A DNA stretch of 64,000 nucleotides from Tubulanus polymorphus (lineage: Eukaryota > Animalia > Nemertea), in contig NC_134032.1 of NCBI RefSeq assembly GCF_964204645.1, forward strand, positions 12,884,275 through 12,948,274, read 5' to 3'. A model generated the notes under the pieces. That model saw only the letters and a program-made list of their open reading frames with translations. It was not told where the DNA came from and searched no databases. This document shows, piece by piece, positions 25,979 to 40,132 of this stretch. Numbering within the stretch: the first letter of the stretch is position 1; every line of letters starts with the position of its first letter. A program made the position numbers and the translations under genes.

Positions 25979-28390
25979 ATGAAGCTGTACGCACTCACCG
26001 TGTTTTGCTGTGTGGCACTCGTGGCCGTAGTTTCTGCCGCCAAGTCTTATGGTAAGTTATATAGATTTTGAATTTGCATTTGTTAGCATTCGAAGAACGC
26101 TCCTGTAATAAAAGTGTATATGGATCAATCTGGGGCCATTTGCTTAAAAAAAGGTTAGAGAGAAAGCTAAAAGAAAAATACCACGGTAACGATTCCACTG
26201 GCTTACTCTTATCAACTTTTGATGAACTGACCCTAGCCGCATATAGAACCATCCCTCAAAAAATCACTATTACAGTGCGTTCTTCGCAATCATTTGGTGG
26301 GGTTATAAAATGTCTCATGTCTGGTGGCATTTCTAGTCTATTTTGTACGTTCATTCTCAATCAAAAATGTCTCGGGCGACGTTCTTCATCAATGCGATCG
26401 ATGACGATAAGAATGGTTGATGAGATATCTAATGTCTAATCGCAGGGTCCAGGCTGCAGATTGATAGCCGCAAGAATTCAAATACTCTGTAACCAGTAAT
26501 TATGTTTATCGAGATAAATTCATAGGTTATATTATTCATGTTTCTCTTCGACAGTCACACAAGGCGGTAACGCAGGCGGTGCAATGTGCAGGTTTCCATT
26601 CACCTTCCAAGGTAAAAAGTATTACAACTGTACCCGTCTTTTCTCCAACAACGTGCCCTGGTGCGGAGTAACTTTGGACTACGACACGGACAAGAGATGG
26701 GGATACTGTGGTAAGTGTTTGATTCGAAAGTGTGTTTTTTTCACAATGTCCACAACTAATGTTATCGATGATACACAACACGCGCTTTTTGCGAAGTAAT
26801 CGTTCCAACTCCTCTCTCCTCGGGCGATTGAACATCCAAGCTACAATACTCACTTCGAATTGATTCGGAAGAAAAGTTATGAGAACAAACCGCCAATACT
26901 AAGGCAACGCAAGGAAAAAAACATCAGTTAATACTATTATTCAGCTGACGTTTTGTAGCCCATCTTGGAGTATCAATTCTGTAAAGTATTTCTCAATGAT
27001 TGGACGTGATGTGCCCAATAAGTCAGCTGAATGACCATATCATATTAGTATACTTTCAAAAATACACAATGTCTTATTTTCATATGATGTACAGTTTGAC
27101 GCTTTCAGGGAATGACCCCCATGTGTCAGGAAAGATATATATTTTTTTCCTATATGCCTCCAGTATAAGCGATATGGATAGTATTTTGCCTAGGGACACT
27201 ATTATATATGGGGTTTGATAAAAAATCCCACAAGAAAAGGAGTTCGAAATGTTTCCTTGAGCTCACGGTTAATTCGACGGTAGGATTTAAGGGAAATCGA
27301 AACGTTGAATAAACCATCAGTCCAAGGAAACTTTTCGGACTTTTTTCCTTTCAGTTCAGTGCTTGGCAATTTCCAAGTACAGCTCCAAAGGCTCCCGCTG
27401 GATACATCTTCAAACATCTCATATTTTGACTTGCAAAATAGCCTATTTAAAATGTAGTAAAATAAAGATGAATTCAATATGTTCATTATAATTATCATCG
27501 TTATCTCTAATTCTAGTTCAAGACGATGAATCTTGCGACTGCAACTACAGCAATGGTGGTTGTTACGTGGTTAAAGCCGCCCCGTGGAACAAGGCTTGTA
27601 AATGCCGCTACAGAGGAGCGTGGACTTGCAGCGGTTCGGTGACCACGTGCATGCGTCCGGGCAGTCCTGAATGTCAGAATCCGACTAAATCGTTCGCATC
27701 ATGCTTGAACGGTGGCGGTGACTGTCAAGGTAATTATGATGATTACTGTTATCATCATCATCATCATCATCATAATCTTTTACTGTGATATGCAGTCGAT
27801 GTTCTATGATAGGTTTACTCCTATCGTAGTCAACCTCTTAACCAATTATTTTCGGGTTCACACGATACGTTGTCTTTTTTGGTGCCGGTCGCCACATCAG
27901 ATTCGAATCCCGTCATATCAAAATTTTCCATAATTCCCGTTCTTGAACGTGGTCCATCGGTGCAGAAAACCCGTTATCGGTACTTTGCTGCCATATTTGA
28001 TTTAGGTATCATCATTAACTCTGTGATATCGATGCACCGTGCGTCTCCCAGTGAATACATTCTGCTGACTTGCTCTGGCACCCTTGTAATTTATGTCAAA
28101 ATCAAAATTTCATTCATGATCATGTTATGTTAAAGTACTATTATCATAATAATTATCATCTTTGTTATCATCATTAAGGTTACAAATGCGATTGCGATTA
28201 TAAACGCGGCGGCTGTAAGATCAGCTCGGTTCCGACCAGCGGATCGGCGTGCAAGTGCATATACAAGGGCTTCTGGACCTGCCGCGGACAGAGCGTGAAA
28301 TGCAAGAACGAAAAAGACGCTAAGTGCATAAAACCAGATTTTTCATATGCCACTTGCAAGTTAGGCGGTGGTGATTGCGGTGGCTATTAG
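25979..28390 (+). CDS. Secreted protein: signal peptide + fibronectin type II domain + two tandem ten-cysteine domains, 217 aa; exons 25979-26051, 26555-26710, 27517-27729, 28179-28390
   Basis: Signal MKLYALTVFCCVALVAVVSA. FN2 signature CRFPFTFQGKKYYNCT...PWCGVTLDYDTDKRWGYC. Two repeats of CDCxYxxGGC...ACKCxYxGxWTCxG...C...CxxP..S...CxxGGGDCxGY. All introns are phase-1 GT-AG. AATAAA at 28420. Confidence 0.92.
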
Positions 28391-29167
28391 AATGCTAATT
28401 ATCTATCAGTTCGGGTCTGAATAAATTCGTTGGTGATATATTCTACACTTTGTAGTTCTGTATTTTGTTGTTTTTGCTATGATTTTGGATGAATTTCAAC
28501 TGAAGTTGTGATTGGGATAGAAAAATCAAGCACGTCTTGTAAACGGCGAACTTCGTGAAATGGAAAAGAGAAAAACGACCAACAAATAACTATAGATAGA
28601 GAGAAGATTTTTGAAATTTAACGATTTAGATAAAGAGAGTCTGTTTATTCAAGTTATCTGAAATTCGACGACCTGTTCTTCGTGCCATTTGCGAGGATTC
28701 AAAATCTGAAAAATTTTTAGAAAAAGAATGTTTCTAATACGTAGCGAAACACCTCATATACAGGAAATGAATATCGGATCACAACGCGCCATATTGGACA
28801 TCAAGCGGAAGTAGTATATAACTGCTGTGATTAGTAACCAGTTGGTTCAAGTTGCGTATTGACAAATATTGTGTATTTTCTAACTCACATTTCATCCTCT
28901 CCAGCAACACGGTGGAATTTCAATACAGTCGACTCCAGATTCTGGGCAGCAACACGGGCTGCACTTATCGACACAGCCGAATGCGTACGGTACTGGACGT
29001 ATGTCATCAGAAGGAATTTTAAATGCTGCAAAACGTAAATATCTATTGTATTAATCTGACTGGTAATGCAGGTATCAGTCTGCTGACTGTACCCGCCCAC
29101 CGATACAGTATCGCATTTCTTCTAATTTGTGATCGTCGCAGTTCATATGTTTTCAGCAGATATATAT

Positions 29168-29346
<179 letters not shown>

Positions 29347-31167
29347 ATCAGCAGACTTTTGATTAATGATCGTCTACACTTCACAATGAGGTTCAGAACT
29401 ACACCTGAGATCTTTTTAATTGAAAATGAACTACAAACACCAGGCATTAAACATTTGATCAGCACTCTCTCTAAAACTGATCATCCACTCTCCACATGTT
29501 TCAGGACTTCAGTTTCCATACTTAGAAACATGATCGTCAAGGCCGCACACTATACGACGTGGAATGTCTGAAGGGCCCAGGCTGCATTTCGGGGTTGGAA
29601 TTTCTCGATAAGAAAAACTAAGTAGGCATCGATAATACCCCAACGCCTGTTGGTGAATCGTCATAACGAATGAGATGGCGTTACGATAAGACCTTCTTAC
29701 CTTCGGATTGTACAGAGCACAAAACCAACAGTAATAAAACTATTTTCATAGCAGTCATCGCTAATAACGGTGTAGAGATAAACGAAAAACGGTGCTGGTA
29801 CGGCGGGACGCTGATTTATATACCACGTGTCCGGCATCGAATGTTGCCGTCATAATGAATTCGCGATAAGATAATCAAATCAGCGAGACATTTTAAGGGA
29901 ATTTTCACTCACAGATTTTCACTACCGACGACAACAGTTTTGATAAAATATCAGTTGTCGAATCATTTGGTATCTACAACTAAATGGCGATTCGTGATTT
30001 GCATACGTAATCAGATCAATTCGAAGTTGTTTGTCCTTTTACGAAAAGCCTAGCGACCACAAATATTCATCGATTGTTTGAACTATTATACAGTTTTTTC
30101 TTCGTAAAAGATATTTGAGAAAAAGAATTTAGAAAGATTGATAAATGCGACGTTTTTCGTGGAGGTGAATTGGACTTTAAAATTAGAACATTTGAAAATG
30201 AGACTGATGATTCAAGGTCGTTTCGCTCTAGAATTCGCGTTATACGTTTAATTAAAAATGTCTCGGGTGACTTGCCTAGAAACGTGTGAAGCATCGACGA
30301 TAAAACAGGAAATTGAAAGAATACCGATGAAGTTTCGAATTGGTCTAGGATCCCGTTCCACAGTAATATGAGAAAGAAAGAGTTAACTCTAATTAGAATG
30401 AGCCTGTTTTCAGTGATTCAACTCTCAGTCAAAAACTGAATCCAGTTCCGCAATGTGAGTTGGAGTTCTGAGTTCTGAATAAGTTCATTTTCAACGAGTT
30501 AAGTCTTGAGTTAAATCAAGTAGATCCAGTTCCACACTAAAGAATTCGAGTAAACTCTGAATTACAGTTAACTCTGAAATACAGTTCATTTTCAATCAGT
30601 TAACTCTGAACAAGGTGTTGATTGATACGTTCCCGTGTTAGTAATTCAGAGAATACGGTTCTTGAATCATCAGCGCGACGCCAGGTGTCACTCGATTCCT
30701 CTTGGCAGACGAACGTGTGAATTCCTGCGTGGATGAGATCGGCTGCACTAGTGCGAAAACTTAAAAACTGCACGAATAGCGAACAGGATGAATTATGAAC
30801 TACGAAACGGATTTCGCCGCGAATACAGAACTCCACGCGATTAGGAAGTGCGACAAGCGAGTGACTGCAATAAGGTGAGATGCTTTTTTCTAGCTTCGAA
30901 TAACGGACAATGTATATACATCGATTCATTTGTGAATTTGAGTTAACTCCAGGTTGAAATCGGATAGTTAGTTTAATGAATCAAATCTCGTTTCAGGATT
31001 CAGTTCATTTACTCGGAAGTTTGGGTAAACTGTGAGTTATATATGGTTCCTACTCAAAGAGTTGACGCCGATTCAAAATCTCATTTCAGAACTGCGAAAC
31101 CAGAGCCCTGGTATATATCGATGATTCGATAGATTATCTGACACTAGGCATCGCTGTGTTTGTCATC

Positions 31168-31284
31168 ATGACCGACGATGCAGATACGAAATGGTTCGAC
31201 ACATTGATGGGTGTCGAAGGTACGGATATCGCCGGTGATTCTATCGTCAACGCGTCGTCGCCAAATGCTCTAGAAAAACTTCAG
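31168..31284 (+). CDS. Candidate isolated coding exon (39 aa, MTDDADTKWFDTLMGVEG...VNASSPNALEKLQ), possibly the first coding exon of the GPCR at 54368
   Basis: ATG in good context, open for 117 nt, perfect CAG|GTAAGT donor. Phase 0 is compatible with the acceptor before 54368. Contains an N-glycosylation sequon. Confidence 0.4.
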
Positions 31285-31508
31285 GTAAGTATCGATTTAT
31301 CTCGTTAATTAGATAACATAATATTACAGGGGCGGATCTATGAATTCTGGATAGGGGGTGGCAAAAACCGAGAGCGCTGTACACACAAAGCCCTCAAGGG
31401 GTTTGGTAAATTTTGAAATGCTGCAGATATTTCAAAGCTTACGGATCTGACAATTTCTACATGTATCTAAATTCCCTCTGCAGAGAATCAGTAAACTTGT
31501 AAAAGTCA

Positions 31509-31619
31509 GGGCCCGGTTTTACAGTTTGGTGTTTACTTTTACCCGGGGGTTAACTCAATTGGAAATGAATTGAGTTAACCCCCGGGTTTAAGTTAATGCC
31601 AGTCTATAAAACCGGGCCC
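31509..31619. mobile_element. Palindromic MITE (GGGCCCGGTTTTA...TAAAACCGGGCCC); relatives at 39088-39241 and ~15040
   Basis: Near-perfect 111-bp palindrome; terminus CAGTCTAT(G/A)AAACCGGGCC shared between copies. Confidence 0.8.
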
Positions 31620-33647
31620 AGGTTGATAAACTTGAATACAAGTGTCATTATTCATTGTATCCTTATTTTTTCCCCCATAATTTTACCTTTTAAATTACGA
31701 ATAACTCGAAATCACAGCATTCGCGATGTATAGTTGAATGTTTCGAGACACATATGCTGGAACTGTCTGGTGAATGACTTGACCATTTTGCTAAAATGCA
31801 GAAAATGTTTTGAAAAAGATACAAAAATGTAAAAAAACGACGTGACATTGACCTCATCGGGGATCGAAGTATGTCTCATACGCCTAAGGCGAGGGTGCTG
31901 ACCAGTAGACCAATATTGACCGTTCGGTTGAACAGCTCGTCGTTTTCGCGTATCATTTTTCATTAGAAATTGACAATTAGCGAAAACACGGCGATCGTAA
32001 GTAGGATCTTCGTACTGGTTCAATCCACCACGGACATTTCTCATCTTCTCCCTGCGATATAGCCGCGTTATTCCCGTCAATCACGATAAGGCGATTAATA
32101 CGAAGAATTCCCCATCAATATCCTATAAATATTATATGAACGACTTCGTAAAGAATGAATTCGTTCGATCCGCAGGAAAACCGCCACACTGCGCGAGCGA
32201 TCGACGAGAATTAATGGATATTTCATTCAAGAATTTTTGAATCGCAGACCTTCGAATTGCGTCCGGGCTTTGTTCCGAGATCGTAAAATTATCAATAAAG
32301 CCAGTCGTATAATCTCGTCAAATTGGTGTTTCAACCAGAAGTTGAAAGAGGACATTCCACAGTTTGATAATTTACGATGTAACGAATTTATTTCCGTGCA
32401 ATCAATTCAACAGTTTGGGAAACCGATATGGAACCGTGAGAACCTTTCCAGTGTCGCGCATATAGCGGGGGTGCGGGGGATGAAGAATCCTTCACTTTCA
32501 ACTGATAAGCATTTCATTCTTGGCCTAACAGCCTAACAAGTCAACTGCCCTTTTTGGATTTATCTGCTTTCCCAAATCCAAAAGCTAGGCCCTGCTTCCA
32601 CAGTAATTGCTTTAAGATTTCAACCCAGGGTTAATTTATTGAAAATGAACTAACTTTTCATTGGCCTAACTAATCCGAGACCTACAGTTCCGTGTGGCTT
32701 AGAAACAAGATTTGAGCAGGGTCCAATGAAATGATTTCAACTCGATAGCCGAACCTTACTCGGAACCCAGTTCAGTTCCATATGGTTGTGAGTGAGGAGG
32801 TAATTTTACGAGGAATTCGTCCCGGGCTGCTGCTGCTGATTGATATCTCGCAAAGAAATCTCAGCGGCAGTTTTGTCGTTGTTAATAAGGTTTTAGGAAT
32901 AATTGGGTGTTATTAGCGCGCGCGAAAGTGTTCATCTCGTTACCGTGTCGACGGTTAAAATGGCACGCAACGTTTTGTGCGTGAAGCATCCCGTCGAGCT
33001 TTTCGAGTGGCACGTAACATCTGAGCGTATCCGTGCCTAATGGTCGCCATCGCTTAGAAAACCGCTAATAAGTCAGTTAAAGTGACCGACGCGTGCATGC
33101 TCAACGAGCGAAACGCCGTCGATGTTCATTTCGTCGATTAAATTTGCATTGTTTTTGAAACACACACACACCGGCAGACTGCGTTAGTTATTGGATATGT
33201 CCTTAACGAACCCTTCACATCTGCTGGAAAGAGAACCGAGCTTTCAAGTCAAATTTCGCGTTCAACCGTATAGAACGGAACCCCGAGTTAGGTTTTAATA
33301 TATAGTTTTAAGATAATCAGTTATCAATGAAAAGTACGAAGAAAACTTCGCAGCAAAGGCAATATTGTATATTTTGCAGGCTTGTATGATCGGCTTTCGA
33401 TTTAGGAGGTAGTAGTATTCAGTTAGTATTAGCCAATTAACCAATTAGTTATTAGTATTCAGTAGAATGCAAATGAACGTGGGACCGACTCTAATTCACG
33501 CCATCTGTTGGGATAGCTGGTGTTTTGGTTGCCCTTATTGGTGAAAGCTATTCCAAAACAACGAGTAGAAGAAGAGTCAATCATTTGGATGAATTATTCA
33601 TGTGTTCAGACTTGATTGAAAATGAATCTAATCAAATATTGCATATG

Positions 33648-33715
33648 GTAGCTATGCGGGACTCGAACTTCTGATCCACCAGGTGCAAGTCTTGTGCTCA
33701 ACTACGACCCACTGT
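33648..33715 (-). mobile_element. tRNA-derived SINE-like head (degenerate)
   Basis: Minus strand has an A-box-like AGTGGGTCGTAG and B-box GTTCGAGTCC at tRNA-like spacing; no full cloverleaf. Confidence 0.4.
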
Positions 33716-36700
33716 TGGTCACTACATCTGCTGGTACGGCTCGTTTTGGTCATTTCCTTATGGTCGTCACGTATTGGTTTGTCTTTCTGTAGACAGAGCC
33801 ACCTGCGTTTTCTAATGAAAATCTCACGATTATCCGCAACGTTGTCAGATTCAGAATTGTTATTCGTTCTTTTCTGCTTATAACGCGGACGCTAATATTA
33901 TTACTGAAATCACCTGCCTGGTGAAATCAACCACTAGACCGTGCCTGGGGCAACTGTGGTTGCAGCTGAATGAGTGTAATTCTCCTGGCGCGTGGTTGAG
34001 ATCGGCTCGGATATTGCGATCTTTTTCTCTGGATTCAGTTCCAGAACAAATTAAGTTCAGGTCTCTTTTATATCTTGAGACAGATGTCATAGATTTTAAA
34101 ATGATCGAAGACGCGTTTCTTGAAAGAGTTTTATCATCGCCGAATAAACTTTCTTTAAATATAATGGCATCATAGTGCATCACATTAGACGCCAGGCACA
34201 AGCGGCTTAATGAAGTTATAAGTCACAATTTAACGGTCTTTGGTGTTGGCCGAACGTATTTCGCTGTGAACCAAACCTGCAACTTCCGTGTCTAATAGTA
34301 CGAGTGAGCCTGTGATAAATGCCGCTAATTTTCCCATGCATATTACATCCTTTTCTTGAACGATCGTAATTTGTTGGTGATAAATGTTTTTACCGAGAAT
34401 GTAACAGGAAACACTGAGTCATGGTCATTAGTTGGTCACTCCTCGGTACACTTCAACAGGTTATGTAGTCACAGCTCGTTATAAACACGCATTTAACAGA
34501 TCGGTTACCATGATCACGCGTCAGTCACCGTGTGGGTAGCGGTACTGTAATCAGTTTGGGAGTTCGAATCCTGATTTTTTTCTTCGAAACATTTCATTTT
34601 CTCTGATTAGAATTGCTACTAAAGCCATAAAATGATTGATCTATTCGTATCTAAAATCTAATGAAGACCATAATACGTGTCTGCAGAAAACCCGTTATCG
34701 CTGCTTTGCGCAATACTGCCATCTACGTCCATTATGACGTGAACGATGCATTTCTATTCGAGTACTTTTCTTCGTCTTTGGCTGAATTCATCGTGGGATT
34801 TCTCAGATTCATCTCACGCGGACATAGTGCATCTTCTCTCGACTTTGCATATCGATAGATCTACGCCACGATGAAACGACTTGGAATTTTTTCAATGACT
34901 GTCACGCATTGACAACGTCGTTAAATGTCACCGAAATCGACGTTCTTTATTCGCAATGATGACCGTGTAATTGGTAACACGACCGTTTATTATTTCTTAA
35001 ACACCGCAAATAACGTATTTCGAAACCCGACGATAAAGCCCACACACAACTCCGCAATTCGTGTATAGATGGATTATATTGGAGGTTAAACATGTGACGT
35101 CATATTGGCCGTCAAGCGCAATTGGCTTACTCGACAAAAAGTCGCAGTCGACTGCCGCCTTATTCGACGGCAAAGTAATGATGCGTGCGAACGATAGAGG
35201 GCGCGCACATGATGTCATAATCGACAGGAGACTCGTCTCTGGCCCTCTGCCGATGAGAAAAAGAAAAAGCCCCCTGATCAGCTAAACTGAGATCACGCTC
35301 AAATCGGCTTCATTATCCGGATCCACCAATGCTGAAAAAAATATCTGATTCACAATGTGTCTCCTCTTCGGCGTAATATCATCCATCACACCTGGCGACA
35401 TTTCAAAGGTTCTGCCGACAAAAAAACGCGGTTGTTTTTTTTTCCCGTATCAGAAGTGCTCTCGTTTGATCAGGTCCTGGTTCGAAAGCTACTGTCAACG
35501 AGTTCCTGCATAATTCTCTCGCATGTCTACTCAAGGGTGAAGGCGAATCGACACGAAAACACGTTTGTCGTTATGGATTGTCTTTTTACTGTCTTTTTCT
35601 CTGATCGATGACCGGTTAACGGAGGAACTTCTGATTGTCAGCGGTACAAATTAGATTCGAGAAATCGTTTGAATATGCGGGAACGTGTCCGGGCGCATTT
35701 TGTTTTTCGCTGTGTTATCCAACCGCAACAACCTAATAAGAAAAAATCTAATTATTTCCGATGTCTTTGGACGTGTTTTACAGAACCAGGGCAATTTCGG
35801 CGAGTAACGATTATCAGGACTCGAACCTGACACCGAGCACATACTGGGACTCGAACCTTATATATTACACTTTAATGTTATAATGATGTAGAAACTGCTG
35901 ATATCTGCCATGTAAATGTGGATATGGAAATGGGAATGTAGAAACTGCTTCGATCTTCTGATGCGCGCAGGTTGGTTCGTCAGAATGATAGGTGCGATTA
36001 CGTGGTAATTTGCGCTGATTATCGCCACGTGACACGGTGCTTACCGTGTCACGATCAAACAAATCAAACAATGCACGCACAAAATGGAAATTAAAGACCT
36101 TACGCCCGATTCATTGAACAAGCGCGGTCGCGATTAATCAGGTATCATATAGATACCATCTCTCTCTCTCGACGATTTATCGCCAACTACGTTCAGGAAA
36201 GTAGTCCTGCGTCGGATCTGGCTAGATATATTGCTTTCAGGCCACGGGGAAACATTAGTGTTAGAATAGATAGCGTTTATCTACTTCGCGGTTGAGCACG
36301 GGGACTGAATGGATCTGTTAAACCGGGTAATAACTGAACTCCGCTGTGAGCCTATTCTTTTTTTTCGGACAGTCAGACGTACGTGAACTTCCAAACCGAA
36401 TTGTTTTTTTTTGTTTCGACTCGATTTTATGATCCATCTTTTGAAAAATAACAATCCTAAGTTAATTCATTTCGACGGTTCGAACCAATTCTATGAGCCA
36501 TTTCAAGAACTAAGAGAATAGTGACGTTTCGACTCTCAATGGAGTACCTGCAAAACCAGCTATCCCGCCAAAATCAGTTCATTTTCAATGAACTAAGAAC
36601 TGAATTTTTAGACTCCCGAATCTATATATTATCACACAATTAGAAAATAGTGACTTTTTGACTTAATTTTGTGAGCAATTTTCAAAACTATGAGAGTAGT

Positions 36701-39087
36701 AACGTTTCGACAGTTTTGAAAACCAAAGTATTTCTGTTTTTGGTGGTCATTCCACATGGAGCTGTTAGCGAACAGCCGAAACGTTGTGGCTTCATTTCAA
36801 TAAATTCTATCCGATAGAAAATTGTGGGATTTTCTTCTTCGTTTTTCTTCACAATTGTGGATTTTTTCTTCGATGTTTATAAACGTAGTATTTGTAGTAG
36901 GGAATCGTAATTATTTCGAAGTATTTCGATCACGTCGTTTTTTTAAGGATAGATTGCGCCCGGAACGAACTAACCAGCTCAACGAGCCACCCTCATTACA
37001 GCTCTGATATCTACCCGGCGCGTTAATGGGTATTTTACGATGCAATTAGCATAAAATAATGGATTGCATATGTTTTGATTTCGAGCTGTTGTACGTACGG
37101 GGCGACAGAGCTGTCTCTAACCGACACAAAGGTTAATTCGTGAAAAAGCAGTAAACACCAATCGTGCGTATAGAGGCGGCTTTAGGTCGACTGCCAGCGA
37201 CTCGTCGCGACCCGAATGTCGTCTGCGACGGCCACGACCATCCAACCCACGCAACTGCCAGCAACGCCATAGTAACACATTTCTTCTTTCTGTTACACGA
37301 CTCAACACTTGCGCTCCCAGTCGCAACGTACCTACTTACCCTAGCGACTGCCAGCGCAATGTAAGCCGGATGAGCGCTCAATTTGCAGGAAAAGGTTAGG
37401 TCCAATCATTTCTTAACATTTTCAAATCTATTCCCGTCCCAAAGTTGGAAATTCATAGCATTTTTCGTGGTCTTTAAGTCTTAACGGATTTACCCAGTAG
37501 GTGTCCTTTTGAAACATTGTGTGATTTTTGGTGGACGGAATGATAAGCTGCGCTCATATGAAGTAGAAATATTATGTAATAAAATGAATGAAATATTAGG
37601 TTAAAAACGAGAGCTCTCAATTAAACTTATCTCAGTAATGTGGGTTCTCGGGGCGTGCTCACCTCCGGTTATGACAAGCGCCACCTAGTGAGGAGGTATG
37701 AAATGAGTATGTTCGAAATCGCAAAGCTACTCTGTGTCAAACGAGGGTCCGCTAGATTCGCTCAGACACTCAGCTTCTTCCATATTTCATCATATGACAT
37801 TTCATCAAGGCTTGTACGATAGTACTGAAAAAATTGAAAAAAAGATGTAGTTCAAAGTTTATCGGAAAAGACTTAATTTCTTCAAGGTTCGACCGCAGTG
37901 ACATATCGGTGAAGACCAATTGTTTGTGGATGATTGCTGCTGGTGGTGCATATTTCCCAATTCTGAGAATTGAACCAGACGGCAGCCACTGTTACGTGCA
38001 CCTGATAGCATCGCGCTACTGATGCGGCGGCGTCTCACTTCGAAACGACAAATCACGATATCTTCTTCGGTAACGTTCGTTGTCTCGAGACGCGAAGAGC
38101 GCGAAAATCAGCGATATTTACATCAAAAAGCGATAACTTATTGTGAACTCTTCTCCTTCGAATTAACGGTTCATTTCATTTCCCGCGAGAATTGCCACGG
38201 AAAGTCTGAGTATATTTTCCATGGAGACGATTTTTGGATTATGGCGGCCAACATGAGCAGAGCGGATACATTGACCGTAAGTACGTGCAGAACTATTGAC
38301 TATGGGGTAACAAGAAGCCATCTTAGAAAATGGCCTCTAATATTGGCAGATTTCATTATCAAGTAACTGATAATGATTATAAATAGACGGGTGAATAGAA
38401 ACGAAATAGAAACGAAATCGATCGTAATTCTGACAGAAATAATGGCTGATTGCTTATTCATTTCAATGTACCAGTTTAGAAAATGGCTCATAGAAGCGAG
38501 TCGAATACTCTTGTAATTTTTCTTCATATTCTTGATTTCCTTCGGTTTCGATAGAAAATCTCGAAATGGGTGTTTCCGAGTATAGTTGCGGGTTGCTACC
38601 TGCGTAAAATGGGTTAAATCGGGTAGTTATTGTGTCTTGGAGCAATAATGAAATATTAGGTCCGCCTGGTGTCGATTGAGTCAGCAATGAAGCCAGTTAA
38701 CGCTGTAACTAACATGTACGTACTAAGTTTAGAAGCTTGTTAGTGCACGTTAACGAGGGAGCTGTGTGGCCATAAAGTACCTAGTATTCAGTAATGGTGT
38801 ACCAGTCCCGACAAACTGGGTAAGCACTTTTTACCATACGCCATGGTAATCGACCTAGTTTTCATCGTCGTATAAGCACGGACAAATTCTGAGTCAATAG
38901 CCACGAAAATTGGCATCCGAACACTTCTATTCTAAAAAGTAGGCCCAACGAGGCAACACGATATCACACTTGTTTTATTACTTTTAGTCTAACCATAACC
39001 CAAACCCTGACCCCCTGGACCATGAATGACGTAACCGTCTAGACTCTAAAATCCTATACCTTAGAACCTACGATAAACCTAAATTTC

Positions 39088-39241
39088 AGGGCTGGGTTTC
39101 ATAGAGATGGAAGAACTGGGAAAATTTTGAAATTTGTCTGTTATAACCATGATTTCTCATTGTTACTATGGTGGATGTCACCCAAATTGAGGATTTACCC
39201 CTAGGGATTAATTTGATACTCAGTCTATGAAACCGGGCCCT
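39088..39241. mobile_element. MITE with AGGGCTGGGTTTCATAGA / TCTATGAAACCGGGCCCT termini
   Basis: Imperfect TIRs; related to the 31509 element. Confidence 0.7.
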
Positions 39242-40020
39242 GCAGTTTAAAGCGCCGCCATTTTGTTTTTGTTACCACGCTTCAAAGTCTTACTTATTTC
39301 GACTACGATAAGATATTCGACCTGACAACGTCACATTGTATATCGTGAAAGTGCTATGAAAACACGATCGTAGTCACGCCATCTGGTGGTGTTTGTTCGG
39401 CGGTACCTCGTTGACGTTCGATGAAGAACATTCATTGCCTTCCGTCAATCTTGTATACCGAATGATTCGTTCCCCGTCAGGCGTGATGACACCCATCTCA
39501 AACAAACAACATCTAACACCGCATGATATAAGATTATCACCAGCGTTTGATGTCTTACATCACGTACGTCGTGAAAGAAAGTGACAACGTTTAATTTTTT
39601 GCTAGCATTTGTGCTGTATATCACATCAGTGATTGTGGGTCTGCGCTGGAGACATCACTTCCGATCAAAATACAGGAAATCTAAAGGCCACTGTTAGGGC
39701 GCACAATTGATCGGTCAGTCAGGGAGTTAGCCGGCTATATTTACGAGTTATCAGTTAGTCTGAACTTTAGTCGGGAAATATAGTGAACGATGCAACCAAG
39801 CACCGGGCCTAGTTCCGAGATGGCCGACACTGCGAAATGCGTGAACAAGCTGTGCGTTGAAAAGCAAAGTTCGCCCTAATCGTCGAATAGGCATTGCTAC
39901 TGTGCCAGTGTCGATGTTTCTTTGAGAATCCACCAGGTTCGATAGACGCAAGGCGTTGATAAATGAAGAAATCCCACACTTCGAATTTGAAATTATACGA
40001 TCAAATTTATTATTATGAAA

Positions 40021-40062
40021 CCACAACGTTTCGGCTGTTGACTAACAGCCATCATCAGGTAG
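40021..40062 (-). ncRNA. Minimal type I hammerhead ribozyme motif
   Basis: CUAC-CUGAUGA-U-GGCUGUU(AGUC)AACAGCC-GAAACGUU-GUGG: intact core, 7-bp stem II, 4-bp stem I, stem III reduced to palindromic ACGU. Confidence 0.75.
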
Positions 40063-40090
40063 AATGCCATCATCATCATCAGCCATCATT

Positions 40091-40132
40091 CCACCTGATG
40101 ATGGCTGTTAGTCAACAGCTGAAACGTTGTGG
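40091..40132 (+). ncRNA. Minimal type I hammerhead ribozyme motif
   Basis: CCAC-CUGAUGA-U-GGCUGUU(AGUC)AACAGCU-GAAACGUU-GUGG; stem I is CCAC/GUGG. Confidence 0.72.

Noticed and set aside
38988-39082. Interstitial telomeric repeats
   Set aside because: Only a few degenerate TAACC-like units; more likely transposon-associated low-complexity sequence.
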